Shown piece after piece: positions 34,605 to 43,558 of a stretch of DNA of 64,000 bases. Position 1 is the first letter of the stretch; every line of letters begins with the position of its first letter. The stretch lies in the NCBI GenBank assembly GCA_964354805.1, contig CAYHBD010000042.1:18038-82037 (forward strand), written 5' to 3'. This DNA comes from an uncultured archaeon. GTDB taxonomy: Archaea > Iainarchaeota > Iainarchaeia > Iainarchaeales > GCA-2688035. A program made the translations under genes and the position numbers. The notes beneath the pieces were generated by a model. That model was not told where the DNA came from. It was given only the letters and a program-made list of their open reading frames with translations, and did not search any database.

Positions 34605-35228
34605 TTATTCGATTATAATCACTTCACCGTCTCTCAGAGTTTTAAACGGAATCTTATTTTTATTGCAATATTCAACTTCTTTGTCAATGTCTGCGGACTC
34701 AGGATGGTTAGATTTATAGTGCGGGAGAATAATGTAATCAAGGACTCCAAGGCCTTCCCAAATTGTTTTCTGAAGCTCTTGGTAAGGCCTGTCATTGGGG
34801 TCGTCAACAATTTGCAGTGCCTTGAAATCAGGAGCCAACACGCATATGCCGGCACTATATCCTGCATACACAAAATCGTTTCTTTTAAGAAGCTCTTTAA
34901 AAATTACGTCAAAACCACTCAATTTCATTGCCTGTCGCAGAATAAATGTATTTCCTCCTCGGACGAATATGCCTCCAAATTCATTCAATTTTTTCCGCAA
35001 TTCATCAGTCTTTCCAAAAAAATTCTTTAAATCAAGGTATTCTACGGTTAAGCCCAACCCTTCCAAACTTTCAATATCCAGTTTTTCCCACCTGTTTTTC
35101 TTGACCCAATCAACATTAGAATAATCACAGGCGTTTGGAATGTAAGCAATTTTTTTGTTGTTGGGCATTAGCCCGGCTAACTCGCCAGCCTTATTCCCCA
35201 GCCTAAAAGAGGACAAATAAAACTTCAT
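34605..35228 (-). CDS. pepE: peptidase E / S51 family dipeptidase
   Basis: GGIFVRGGNTFILRQAM..VYAGYSAGICVLAP..ILPHY match the S51 Ser-His motifs. Confidence 0.8.
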   Translation of the reverse strand: MKFYLSSFRLGNKAGELAGLMPNNKKIAYIPNACDYSNVDWVKKNRWEKLDIESLEGLGLTVEYLDLKNFFGKTDELRKKLNEFGGIFVRGGNTFILRQAMKLSGFDVIFKELLKRNDFVYAGYSAGICVLAPDFKALQIVDDPNDRPYQELQKTIWEGLGVLDYIILPHYKSNHPESADIDKEVEYCNKNKIPFKTLRDGEVIIIE

Positions 35229-35277
35229 ATAAAAACCAGTTCATCGAGGTTATTAAAACCTATAAGTATTCTTAGTT

Positions 35278-35335
35278 TTAATAGGGTTAACACCGTCTGA
35301 CCGAAAGGTGTGAAGATTTAACTCAACACTGAGCC
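35278..35335 (+). ncRNA. degenerate second copy of the C/D sRNA (C box lost)
   Basis: ttaatag-ggttaacaccgt-CTGA-CCGAAAGG-TGTGAAGA-tttaactcaaca-CTGA-GCC. The D', C' and D boxes and both guides are conserved, but the C box is TTAATAG. Confidence 0.45.
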
Positions 35336-35371
35336 GCTTTTAAGTTAGAACTATATGTGAGTGCAATAATA

Positions 35372-35854
35372 TCAGCGATTGCCACCCAAATCAAGCAGGC
35401 GCTGCAATTGCCAATTGCGTTCCCTGGTTACTTTGGCTGCAGCATCAGAGGGGCTGGCGGCTCTATAAATAGCTTGCAAGGCATAATTTGCAGCACCGAT
35501 AGAATGAGCGGGAACATGCGCAGTTGCCGCCGCTTGGCCTGCGGCCCTGGCAGCAGAGCAAGCGGCATTATCTTCCCCTACTTCACGAGCGGCAGCATGA
35601 GCATCAAGTGAAGTTTTGCGCACGTCCGGCATCTTGAATATTCCGGTGCGCATCCATTTTCGGAGGGCTTCAATGGCTTTTCTGGGCCTGTGGTCTTCCG
35701 GGTATTTTTCCTCAAAATAGGGAAGAACACGCTCGACACAATCAACCGCCCAGCGTGCCAATGTTTTATGGTCGGTTTTTCCCACAAGCGCTGCAATTGC
35801 CTCGTCTTTGTGCGTAACTGAGAATTTGGATTTTTCCTTCATATTCTCAACCAT
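35372..35854 (-). CDS. helical protein of the putative-immunity (Imm5-like) type; hypothetical
   Basis: LARWAVDCVERVLPYFEEKYPEDHRPRKAIEALRKWMRTG..DAHAAAREVG..AARAAGQAAATAH. It looks visibly more GC-rich than its neighbours. Confidence 0.45.
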   Translation of the reverse strand: MVENMKEKSKFSVTHKDEAIAALVGKTDHKTLARWAVDCVERVLPYFEEKYPEDHRPRKAIEALRKWMRTGIFKMPDVRKTSLDAHAAAREVGEDNAACSAARAAGQAAATAHVPAHSIGAANYALQAIYRAASPSDAAAKVTRERNWQLQRLLDLGGNR

Positions 35855-35913
35855 TTATAGGCAATTTTTAATGTGTTGTAGTGTTGTTGAGCCAAAAAAT
35901 AGTTTTGCGCCGG

Positions 35914-37296
35914 CTACTTTTCAAAATCGTAAATCTGCACTTCTTGTTCCTGCTCTTGCTTTGCTGCAATTAATTTGAACAACTTTTTCCTGTTCTTTAT
36001 TATGAATAAAACAATCAGAACAATAATCAGCAGGATGATTCCGGTGAAAAGCAAATCCGTGTCGAACTGCCCATCTTCTTCCAGGCCTCCTTCGTAAACG
36101 CGCAAAGCGTCCTCTTTTGCAGTACCTGCGTATCGTTCCGCATCGTCAAAGCTGCCGTTGCCGTAGAATGTTTCTGCCTTTGCCCAGTTGCTCTGCATTT
36201 CTGTTACGCTGCCCTGCTTTATCCATTTGAAAACATAGTCATCCTGCAGGATGAAGTCAACCAGATTGCTCAAGGTCTGCTGGCCTGTTTTTTTCATCAA
36301 TTCATCGCTTTGGCCGTACAGCACCTGAAATGCGCTGTTTCTTTTCTCCCTTGTTGTGAGGTCATCAGTTAAGCCCGTTATGAATGAGGGGGAATCAACT
36401 TTTGAAAAAATCTGGTTTATTCTTTCTTTAAGTCTTGTGGAAAGAGACGCTATTGAACTGAAGTTCTGAAAATTTTGTGAAATATTAGCCAAGGTGTTGA
36501 GGCTTCGTATGGTTTCTATGGAAAGCGTTGTCTCACCAATTCCCTGTCTCAAACAGTCCAAAGAAACAATGTTTGAACATGTATCGGAAGAGCTTTTTTT
36601 TTCACCTTCTAAGTAAATAGAACGCTTTGAATCAATGGATTCTATTAAATCAAAAACAGTTTGGAATTTCCTTTCAAAATCTTTGAGTTTGTTTGTGTCA
36701 GGATTGGCAACAAAATTTTCTTTAGAATACGTGGCATCAAGAACCGCAGCGCTTATGTCTTCTGCCAAAGGAAACATTTCATCCAGCTGATTTTTTAAGG
36801 CATCAGTTTTATTTTGCAACTCTGGAAAGCCTTCTAGGTTTGATTTGACCGTCACCAAATCAATCCTTTCATTTTTCAAATCTTGTGCCAAGTCAGAAAA
36901 ATACTTTGCTGTATCCGCATTGAAAAGCCAATAACTTTTTTGAGTGGAGTCTCCAACGCTTTTTTCCAATTGAAGATAATAGCGCAGGACATAAGCTGTT
37001 TTAATCAGCTCCCTTCTTGCAACAAGAGATTCAGGCAATTGCATTGGCTCTGCATCAGAAACAGGAATAAAGCCAGCAAGGCTGCTATCGGTGCTTAAAA
37101 CAGTTACAACAAAAAAGTATTTCCCAGAATTCCTTATTTTCACATCAGGGTAAACTCCGGCTGTTTCGTTTTCAGTCAGAAAGTTGTTCTGCTTGCTGAC
37201 AAAATCAATTGCCTCCTGGCTGCTTGCGGCAAAGGCAGCGCCCAAGAGCAATAAGAACACGCCGGCAATGACAGTGAATTCTATATATTTATTCAT
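35914..37296 (-). CDS. secreted protein with a C-terminal TM anchor, hypothetical
   Basis: The N-terminal signal is VIAGVFLLLLGAAFAASS and the C-terminal TM is LLFTGIILLIIVLIVLFII. Confidence 0.5.
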   Translation of the reverse strand: MNKYIEFTVIAGVFLLLLGAAFAASSQEAIDFVSKQNNFLTENETAGVYPDVKIRNSGKYFFVVTVLSTDSSLAGFIPVSDAEPMQLPESLVARRELIKTAYVLRYYLQLEKSVGDSTQKSYWLFNADTAKYFSDLAQDLKNERIDLVTVKSNLEGFPELQNKTDALKNQLDEMFPLAEDISAAVLDATYSKENFVANPDTNKLKDFERKFQTVFDLIESIDSKRSIYLEGEKKSSSDTCSNIVSLDCLRQGIGETTLSIETIRSLNTLANISQNFQNFSSIASLSTRLKERINQIFSKVDSPSFITGLTDDLTTREKRNSAFQVLYGQSDELMKKTGQQTLSNLVDFILQDDYVFKWIKQGSVTEMQSNWAKAETFYGNGSFDDAERYAGTAKEDALRVYEGGLEEDGQFDTDLLFTGIILLIIVLIVLFIIKNRKKLFKLIAAKQEQEQEVQIYDFEK

Positions 37297-37362
37297 TTAT
37301 AATATTAAACAGCCAGCCCATATTAAAAGATTGCGGTGAAAGCATAAAAAGCGGATTTTTTT

Positions 37363-38076
37363 ATGAATGCGAAAATCGTTCTTGTAAGGCCGTCATACGA
37401 GGAAAATGTTGGCTACATTGCAAGGCTTGCTGCAAACTTTGAGTGCAGGGAAATTGCATTGGTGCAGCCGAAATGCGATTGGAAGACTGGAAAAGCGAAA
37501 AGCAGGGCAATGCACGGCCAGCATTTGCTTTCGAAGGCAAAAAAGTTCAATTCACTGCGCAGGGCTTTAAGCGGGTGCGCTTACAGCATTGCAACAACAG
37601 CGATTGCAAGCAGTGGCGGAAACATTGAAAGAACAGCTGTCAGCGTTCAGCAATTTGCCGAACGGTTCAGCACATGCAAGCGAAAGATTGCGCTTGTTTT
37701 TGGCTCGGAGCAAAACGGATTGTCAAATGCTGAAATAGCCGAGTGCGATTTCGTTGTGAGCATTGAGGCAAGCAAAAAATACAAAACGCTGAACATTGGG
37801 CATGCTGCAGCGATTTTGCTGCACGCGCTTTTTGCGGCAAAGCAGGCTAAGAAGGGAACGCCTTTTCTGGAGGCAAGTAATACCTTAAAAAAGCGGCTGG
37901 GCAAAAAATTTCAGCAAACGCTCCAATGCCTGCCTGGCATTGAAAACAGGGCTGCTGTTTTCTCTTCATTCAAGGCGCTGGCAGGCAGAAGCCTACTTGC
38001 GGAAAAGGAGGCAAGGGCACTGCTGGCATTTTTAAACGAAGCACAAAAGGGGATTGGCGCGAAACAAAAGAATTAA
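37363..38076 (+). CDS. trmJ: SPOUT (SpoU/TrmJ-like) RNA 2'-O-methyltransferase
   Basis: IVLVRPSYEENVGYIARLAANF..IALVFGSEQNGLSNAE..VSIEASKKYKTLNIGHAAAILL. Confidence 0.8.
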   Translation: MNAKIVLVRPSYEENVGYIARLAANFECREIALVQPKCDWKTGKAKSRAMHGQHLLSKAKKFNSLRRALSGCAYSIATTAIASSGGNIERTAVSVQQFAERFSTCKRKIALVFGSEQNGLSNAEIAECDFVVSIEASKKYKTLNIGHAAAILLHALFAAKQAKKGTPFLEASNTLKKRLGKKFQQTLQCLPGIENRAAVFSSFKALAGRSLLAEKEARALLAFLNEAQKGIGAKQKN

Positions 38077-38113
38077 TAATAACAAAAAGAGAAATTTTGT
38101 TGGAGTTGTTTAA

Positions 38114-38482
38114 ATGCCGGTAAGAAGAGAGTTCAGGGATCTGCTGGATATATGGAAAGCCATGAGGAAAAACCCTAAGCTGAGGATGGCTTACACAAAG
38201 ATTCCAATGTTAGGCGGTGAAAGAAGGGCACTGCTGCTTTTGACAATAAAGCTTGAAGTTCCGCCTGAGAATGTAAGAAAAATGTATGAAAGGATGAGAA
38301 GCAGTTTTAACCAAAGGCGGGCAGTGCAGCAAACAATCGGCGTTCTGAACCAGATTGACGAACTGGCTGAAAGGATGAACCTGCATTCAACCCCATGGCT
38401 GCAGAACAACATAAGGCTCAGGACGCCGGAAGATGTTTTGCAGGACTTGCACACGCAGGCGCAGCAGGTTGGCGCTGCCTGA
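38114..38482 (+). CDS. hypothetical protein
   Basis: A 122-aa ORF. I recognise no motif. Confidence 0.4.
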   Translation: MPVRREFRDLLDIWKAMRKNPKLRMAYTKIPMLGGERRALLLLTIKLEVPPENVRKMYERMRSSFNQRRAVQQTIGVLNQIDELAERMNLHSTPWLQNNIRLRTPEDVLQDLHTQAQQVGAA

Positions 38483-38532
38483 ATGGACGGTGAATTTTTC
38501 CTGAAAATAAAGCCAATAGAATTTACTGCAAG

Positions 38533-38614
38533 TTTTTTCCTAAGGCTTTTTGCACGCGAAGCTATTTTCCCAAGGCTTTTGCCAACAGGCAAAAGGCTTA
38601 AAGCAAAAAGGCTT
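38533..38614 (-). repeat. palindromic element family A, copies 4 and 5: one element nested in the loop of another
   Basis: Outer (plus-strand reading): ttttttcctAAGGCTTTTTGC..GCAAAAAGGCTT. Inner (38565..38599): ttttcccAAGGCTTTTGCCaacaGGCAAAAGGCTT. Confidence 0.85.
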
Positions 38615-38644
38615 AAATAGTTCAATGACCTTTTTTTTATTGCA

Positions 38645-39211
38645 ATGGTTGAAGAGAAACAGTTGCTGGCTGGTTTTTTGCGCGAGCTGCGCCAGGCTTT
38701 TGAAAAGCCTGACACTTTTGCTTTGCGCGAATTGGGCAACAAGGCTATTGAGGAGGCTGCTTTGCGGAACAGCAGGCACATTGCCAGCATTGCTTTGGTT
38801 GCTTATTGCTTGCATAAGCTGCACAGCAAGCAGCATATTGCAAGGCACAAAAAATGGTTTTCTTTAAGCAGGGAGATTGGGTTGTTTTTGGGCAAAGCAG
38901 CTGATGCCCTGCAGCGGGATGACTTGGCTGCTTTCGAGCAAAACATGCAGAAAGTTATTTCCGGCGTTCAGTCAATTGATCTGCAGCTTGGCAACTATGT
39001 TGAAAGCATTTTTGAGAAAGCAAGGGTAAAGTATGCAAGCACTGCCTACAGTTTGGGGCTTGGTCTGGGCCAGAGTTGCGATTTGACTGGGGCAAGCAAA
39101 AAGGAATTGCTGCGCTATATTGGCTCAACCAGGATGGCTGACAGGGAAGCTGTCACTTTCGGAATAAAAGAAAGGCTGCAGCGCTTGAGGAAAAGAATGC
39201 AGGCGGAGTGA
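38645..39211 (+). CDS. hypothetical helical protein
   Basis: A 188-aa ORF. I recognise no motif. Confidence 0.45.
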   Translation: MVEEKQLLAGFLRELRQAFEKPDTFALRELGNKAIEEAALRNSRHIASIALVAYCLHKLHSKQHIARHKKWFSLSREIGLFLGKAADALQRDDLAAFEQNMQKVISGVQSIDLQLGNYVESIFEKARVKYASTAYSLGLGLGQSCDLTGASKKELLRYIGSTRMADREAVTFGIKERLQRLRKRMQAE

Positions 39212-39266
39212 GCAGGTTGCGGTTTGTTTTTGGAAAAAAATGGTTTGGGTGCGCTTGGTGATTTGA

Positions 39267-39932
39267 ATGCGTTTTGTTTTTGATTCCAGTTCATTGATTG
39301 CTTTGAGCCAGACTTGCCTGATTGATTTATTGGCCGGCTTAAGGGAGAAAATGAAAGCGGATTTTTTTATTCCTGCCATGGTTGAGCAGGAGGTTGTTGG
39401 AAGGCCGTTGCACATAAAGCGCTTTGAACTGAATGCTGTCAGGATAAAGAAGGCTGTTGATTCAGGCGTTTTCATTGTAAAGGAATTGCAGAGCGGGCAG
39501 GATGCGCAGATGATTTCCGCTATTGCAAACAATTGCCTTTTTGTTGCGGACAGGGCAATCCAATTGCTGCAGGGCGGGGAAATTTCTGCTTTGGCTTTGG
39601 TGCTGCAGGAAAATGCGGCTGCATTTGTTATTGATGAGAGAACAACAAGGATGCTGATTGAAGCCCCGCAAGAACTATTACATTTGATGCAGGAAAGGTA
39701 CAGCCAGAAAATTTCAATGCAGAAAGAAAAGGTTGCTGAAATGCGCTCCCTGTTTGGCGGATTGAATATAATCAGGAGCGTTGAATTGGTTGCACTAGCT
39801 GCAGAGCAGGGTTTGCTGCAGCAGGTTCTGCCTGCAGGAAAGCAATCGCTTGAGGCAGCATTGTATGCAGTGAAATACAACGGCTGCGCTGTCAGCAGCA
39901 GGGAAATTGATTTGTTTCTGCGAAATGTTTAA
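39267..39932 (+). CDS. PIN-domain-like protein with a C-terminal extension
   Basis: MRFVFDSSSLIAL (first acidic residue), GGEISALALV and FVIDERTTRMLI match the PIN acidic residue spacing. Confidence 0.5.
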   Translation: MRFVFDSSSLIALSQTCLIDLLAGLREKMKADFFIPAMVEQEVVGRPLHIKRFELNAVRIKKAVDSGVFIVKELQSGQDAQMISAIANNCLFVADRAIQLLQGGEISALALVLQENAAAFVIDERTTRMLIEAPQELLHLMQERYSQKISMQKEKVAEMRSLFGGLNIIRSVELVALAAEQGLLQQVLPAGKQSLEAALYAVKYNGCAVSSREIDLFLRNV

Positions 39933-40046
39933 ATCTTTCTGAAATGCGCGTGAAAGAAATAAATTGAAAAAAAAAATTGTTTTGAGCGGGGATTTGAATG
40001 CAGATGGAAAAAATCTGGGCGGGATTTATTTTTAGGGGCTTTTTGA

Positions 40047-40514
40047 ATGCAGATTGAACCAATTGCCGAGAGGGATTTGCCTGAGATAATTTCTTTAATT
40101 AAAAGGGAATTCCCTTATGTTGCGGTCAGCATTGAAAAAATCAGGGAAAGGATTGCGAGCAAGAGGGTTTTTGTCTTCAAGGCGATTGAAAAGAAAGAAT
40201 TGCTTGGTTTTATTGAGGCGGAAATGCTTGCGCCAAGCATTGCAAGAATCAATGGCCTTACAGTGAAACCGGAAGAGCGGAATAAAGGCATTGCAACTGA
40301 ATTGCTTGAGCACATGATTGGTTTCCTGCAAAGCAAGGGGGCAAAAAGAATAATGCTGCTGGTAAAGCAAGGCAATGAGGAAGCAAAAAAACTGTATGAG
40401 ACAAAGGGATTCAAATTCATGGGCTTGTTCCAGAGGCAGATTGACCAATCGATTGTTGAGGAAATGGAGCTTGATTTAGGCACCAAAGAGGAAAGCCCGA
40501 GCTATGTGAGCTGA
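40047..40514 (+). CDS. GNAT family N-acetyltransferase (RimI-like)
   Basis: The acetyl-CoA motif is V.PEERNKGIATELLEHM..AKRIMLLV..NEEAKKLYETKGFKF. Confidence 0.85.
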   Translation: MQIEPIAERDLPEIISLIKREFPYVAVSIEKIRERIASKRVFVFKAIEKKELLGFIEAEMLAPSIARINGLTVKPEERNKGIATELLEHMIGFLQSKGAKRIMLLVKQGNEEAKKLYETKGFKFMGLFQRQIDQSIVEEMELDLGTKEESPSYVS

Positions 40515-40517
40515 CCG

Positions 40518-41945
40518 CTACCTGAAGTATTTCTGTTTTATTCTAAAAAGGAATTCCTTTGAAAAGCCCTTCCAATTGGTTAGAAAGCGCTTGATTAAAC
40601 CAGGGTTGAACAAGTAACGCAATTTTATCTTCAATTGCCCCCTGCTGTAATTGCATCTCCTGTATTCCTCAACAATTTCCGGAATCATTTTCTCAAATTC
40701 CTGTTTGCTCATTGCGTCATTCATGTAAGGCAGTTGCATGTTTCCAAGGGCCGCATCCAAATCATTCCAGTTCATGTCCTCGCTTACAAGACGTCTTTTA
40801 AATGCGTAATCCCAGATTGCTGAAGCAGGCAAAGGCGTCAGCTTGAAGAACATCACGTTTTTTAATGCAGGGTCCCTCACCAGTTTGAATGTTTTGTATA
40901 TGTCCTCTCTTGTTTCACCCGGAGTGCCAAAAATGAAGCTTCCGTCAACAAGCAGGCCGTGTTTTTCGCATAAGCGCAGGGCTTTCCTGTGCTGCTCCAC
41001 TGTTACGCTTCCCTTCTTCAAAAAGCGCAGAATCCTTTCACTGCCGCTCTCAAAGCCAAAGTTGATGTATTTGACATTCATTGCCTTAAGGTATCTGCAC
41101 ATTTCATCAGTCATTAAATTCGTTCTGCCGAAAACATGCAATTCAACCTTGTCAGGAATGCCCTCTTTTTTCATCAGCTCGGCAATTTTTGCAACCCTTT
41201 TCCTGTTCACTGCAAACAGGTCATCCATTACACGCAGCATTTCAATCTTATAGTTGTCAACTATTTCGCGCATTTCCGCAACAACATATTCCGGAGAAAA
41301 GAAGCGCATTGTATGCTGCCAGAAGCCTGTCTGGGAGCAGAAAATGCAGTTGTACATGCAGCCCCTGGTTGTCAAAATGCTTGTTCCAATAGACAGCTTG
41401 TCAAAGGTGTGCCTAGCCGGCTTCAAATAGAAGCGCCGCATTGGAAGCAGGTCCCTTGCAGGGAAAGGAATCCTGTCCAAAGGTTCAATATTGCCCCTTC
41501 TCTCAGTCAGCTTCAGCTTGTTTCCATCCCTGAAAGCAAGGCTCTTTATTTTGCCCAAATCTTTTGCAAAAAAAGCGCCCCTCTTTTCAAAGGCATTCAC
41601 TAATTCAAGCAGAACATCTTCCCCTTCGCCAATTACCCCGACATCAAATTCTTTCGGCATTTTGTGGGGCAGGGCTGTTACGTGAAAGCCGCCGAGCAAT
41701 ATGGGCAAATCCAGTTCCTGCTTTATTTTCTTTGCCAAATCCCGTGTTTTCATGAAATCTTGGGTTGTACAGCTTATTCCAACAACATCAGGCTTTTCTT
41801 TTTTTATTCTATTAAACAAATTCTCCTTATCAACAATAACCGTATTATAAAAGTTCCCGTATTTGCGCAGATAGCTTGCCAAATAGCCTAAGCCAAGAGG
41901 CGGCAGTGCCTCAACAGTATCAACGCTGACCAAAGCAAGTTTCAT
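40518..41945 (-). CDS. B12-binding-domain radical SAM protein
   Basis: The N-terminal cobalamin-binding-like fold is PDVVGISCTT..LGGFHVT. The radical SAM motif is TTRGCMYNCIFCS (CxxxCxxC). Confidence 0.85.
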   Translation of the reverse strand: MKLALVSVDTVEALPPLGLGYLASYLRKYGNFYNTVIVDKENLFNRIKKEKPDVVGISCTTQDFMKTRDLAKKIKQELDLPILLGGFHVTALPHKMPKEFDVGVIGEGEDVLLELVNAFEKRGAFFAKDLGKIKSLAFRDGNKLKLTERRGNIEPLDRIPFPARDLLPMRRFYLKPARHTFDKLSIGTSILTTRGCMYNCIFCSQTGFWQHTMRFFSPEYVVAEMREIVDNYKIEMLRVMDDLFAVNRKRVAKIAELMKKEGIPDKVELHVFGRTNLMTDEMCRYLKAMNVKYINFGFESGSERILRFLKKGSVTVEQHRKALRLCEKHGLLVDGSFIFGTPGETREDIYKTFKLVRDPALKNVMFFKLTPLPASAIWDYAFKRRLVSEDMNWNDLDAALGNMQLPYMNDAMSKQEFEKMIPEIVEEYRRCNYSRGQLKIKLRYLFNPGLIKRFLTNWKGFSKEFLFRIKQKYFR

Positions 41946-42055
41946 CCGTAAACCACTTAGAAAAATACTGGTTGTTGAATTGATTTAAATTTAACGCAAT
42001 CAGGTCAATAGCCCTTTGCAAAGCAAGCCCAGTTGATATTTCGGCACAATGCCCT

Positions 42056-43558
42056 TCAATACCCCTTCGCAAAATATGCCTTTATTTCCGTTTCCTTTCC
42101 GCATTTGACGCACTTGCCCCTGGCCTTTTTCTGCCCGAAAGGAATGCACCTTGCTGTTGCAGTTGTTTCTTCCTTTATGCTTTGCTCGCATTCAGGGTTG
42201 TTGCAGAAAAATGCTGAAATCATTTTTCTTTCAGAAAGCGCTTTCTTCGCTTCAGCCCAATTTTTAGCCTCAACAGTGTTTGCAGCAAGGAATTTTTTTG
42301 CGTTATTGAATAAATTTTCCTGTATTTCTTTAAGCATTGAATCGATTTTTTTCACTGCATCCTTTTCTTTAACAATCTCCTTTTTCCCATTGTCCCTTCT
42401 CACCAAAACAACCTGCTTTTTCTCAATATCCTTCGGGCCGACTTCAACCCTTACAGGAATTCCACGCAGCTCCCACTCATTGAACTTCCACCCAGCGCTG
42501 TACTCCTGCCTGTCATCCAGAATAGGGTTGAATTTTGAAAGCTTTCCAGCAAGCTCTTTTGCTTTTGCCGCAACCTTGCCAATTGTTTTCTCAAAAAAGA
42601 TTGGCACAATTGCAACCTTGTTTGCTGCAACAGCAGGAGGCAGCACCAAGCCCTTGTTGTCAGCGTGAACCATCACAAGCGCGCCAATCAAGCGCGTTGA
42701 AAAGCCCCAGCTGTTCTGCCAGGGAACTTGCTTCTGCCCTTTCTCATCCAAATAAGTGATGCCAAATACTTTTGCAAAGCCCTGCCCAAGATTGTGGGAA
42801 GTACCCATCTGCAGTGCCTTGCCATCAGGCATCAGTGCCTCGATTGTAAAGGTTCTTTTTGCGCCTGCAAACCTCTCTGCAGCGGTTTTCTCTCCGGCAA
42901 TTACCGGAATTGCAAGCAGCTGCTCGCACACTTTTTTGTATTCATCCAGATAAAGCAGCGCCTCTTTCTCGCATTCCTGCTCTGTTGCGTAAACGCAGTG
43001 GCCTTCCTGCCACAAGAATTCCCTAGTGCGCAGAAACAGCTTGCATTGCTTTACTTCCCAGCGCAGGACATTGCACCATTGGTTCAATCTGAAAGGCAAA
43101 TCCCGCCAGCTTCTAATCCACTTCGCATAGCTGTCGTACATTATTGTTTCTGAGGTCGGCCTGATTGCAACCCTTTCCTCTGCATCCTCTTTGCCTGGCT
43201 CAATCCAAGCAAGCTCCGGCTCAAAGCCTGCTGCGTGCTCTGCTTCTTTTTCAAAAAAGCTTTTTGGAATCAGCAGGGGAAAGTAAGCGTTTCTCACTCC
43301 TTGCTTTGCAATCGCTGCATTGAATTGTTCCTGTATTTTTTCCCAAATCTGGTAAGCGGCTGGCCTTATGACCATAAAGCCCCTGATGGGGGCATAGTCC
43401 GCGAGCTCTGCTTTCAGAACAACCTGGTTGTACCACTCGCTGAAATCCTGCTCTTTTTTCACGGTAATTCCAAGCCGCTTCTCTTTTTCTTCCAAAAAAT
43501 CACCTTTCAAACAAAGTGCCGCTGATTTCGCCTTTGAAAATTTTAGCCAACAAACCAT
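42056..43558 (-). CDS. proS: prolyl-tRNA synthetase (archaeal/eukaryotic type)
   Basis: FSEWYNQVV, class II motifs (..FRLNQWCNVLRWE.., ..GTSHNLGQGFAK..), and the C-terminal Zn-ribbon-like C..C..C..C ending ..AYFAKGY. The track start overlaps proB; TTG 43495 is an alternative start. Confidence 0.9.
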   Translation of the reverse strand: MVCWLKFSKAKSAALCLKGDFLEEKEKRLGITVKKEQDFSEWYNQVVLKAELADYAPIRGFMVIRPAAYQIWEKIQEQFNAAIAKQGVRNAYFPLLIPKSFFEKEAEHAAGFEPELAWIEPGKEDAEERVAIRPTSETIMYDSYAKWIRSWRDLPFRLNQWCNVLRWEVKQCKLFLRTREFLWQEGHCVYATEQECEKEALLYLDEYKKVCEQLLAIPVIAGEKTAAERFAGAKRTFTIEALMPDGKALQMGTSHNLGQGFAKVFGITYLDEKGQKQVPWQNSWGFSTRLIGALVMVHADNKGLVLPPAVAANKVAIVPIFFEKTIGKVAAKAKELAGKLSKFNPILDDRQEYSAGWKFNEWELRGIPVRVEVGPKDIEKKQVVLVRRDNGKKEIVKEKDAVKKIDSMLKEIQENLFNNAKKFLAANTVEAKNWAEAKKALSERKMISAFFCNNPECEQSIKEETTATARCIPFGQKKARGKCVKCGKETEIKAYFAKGY

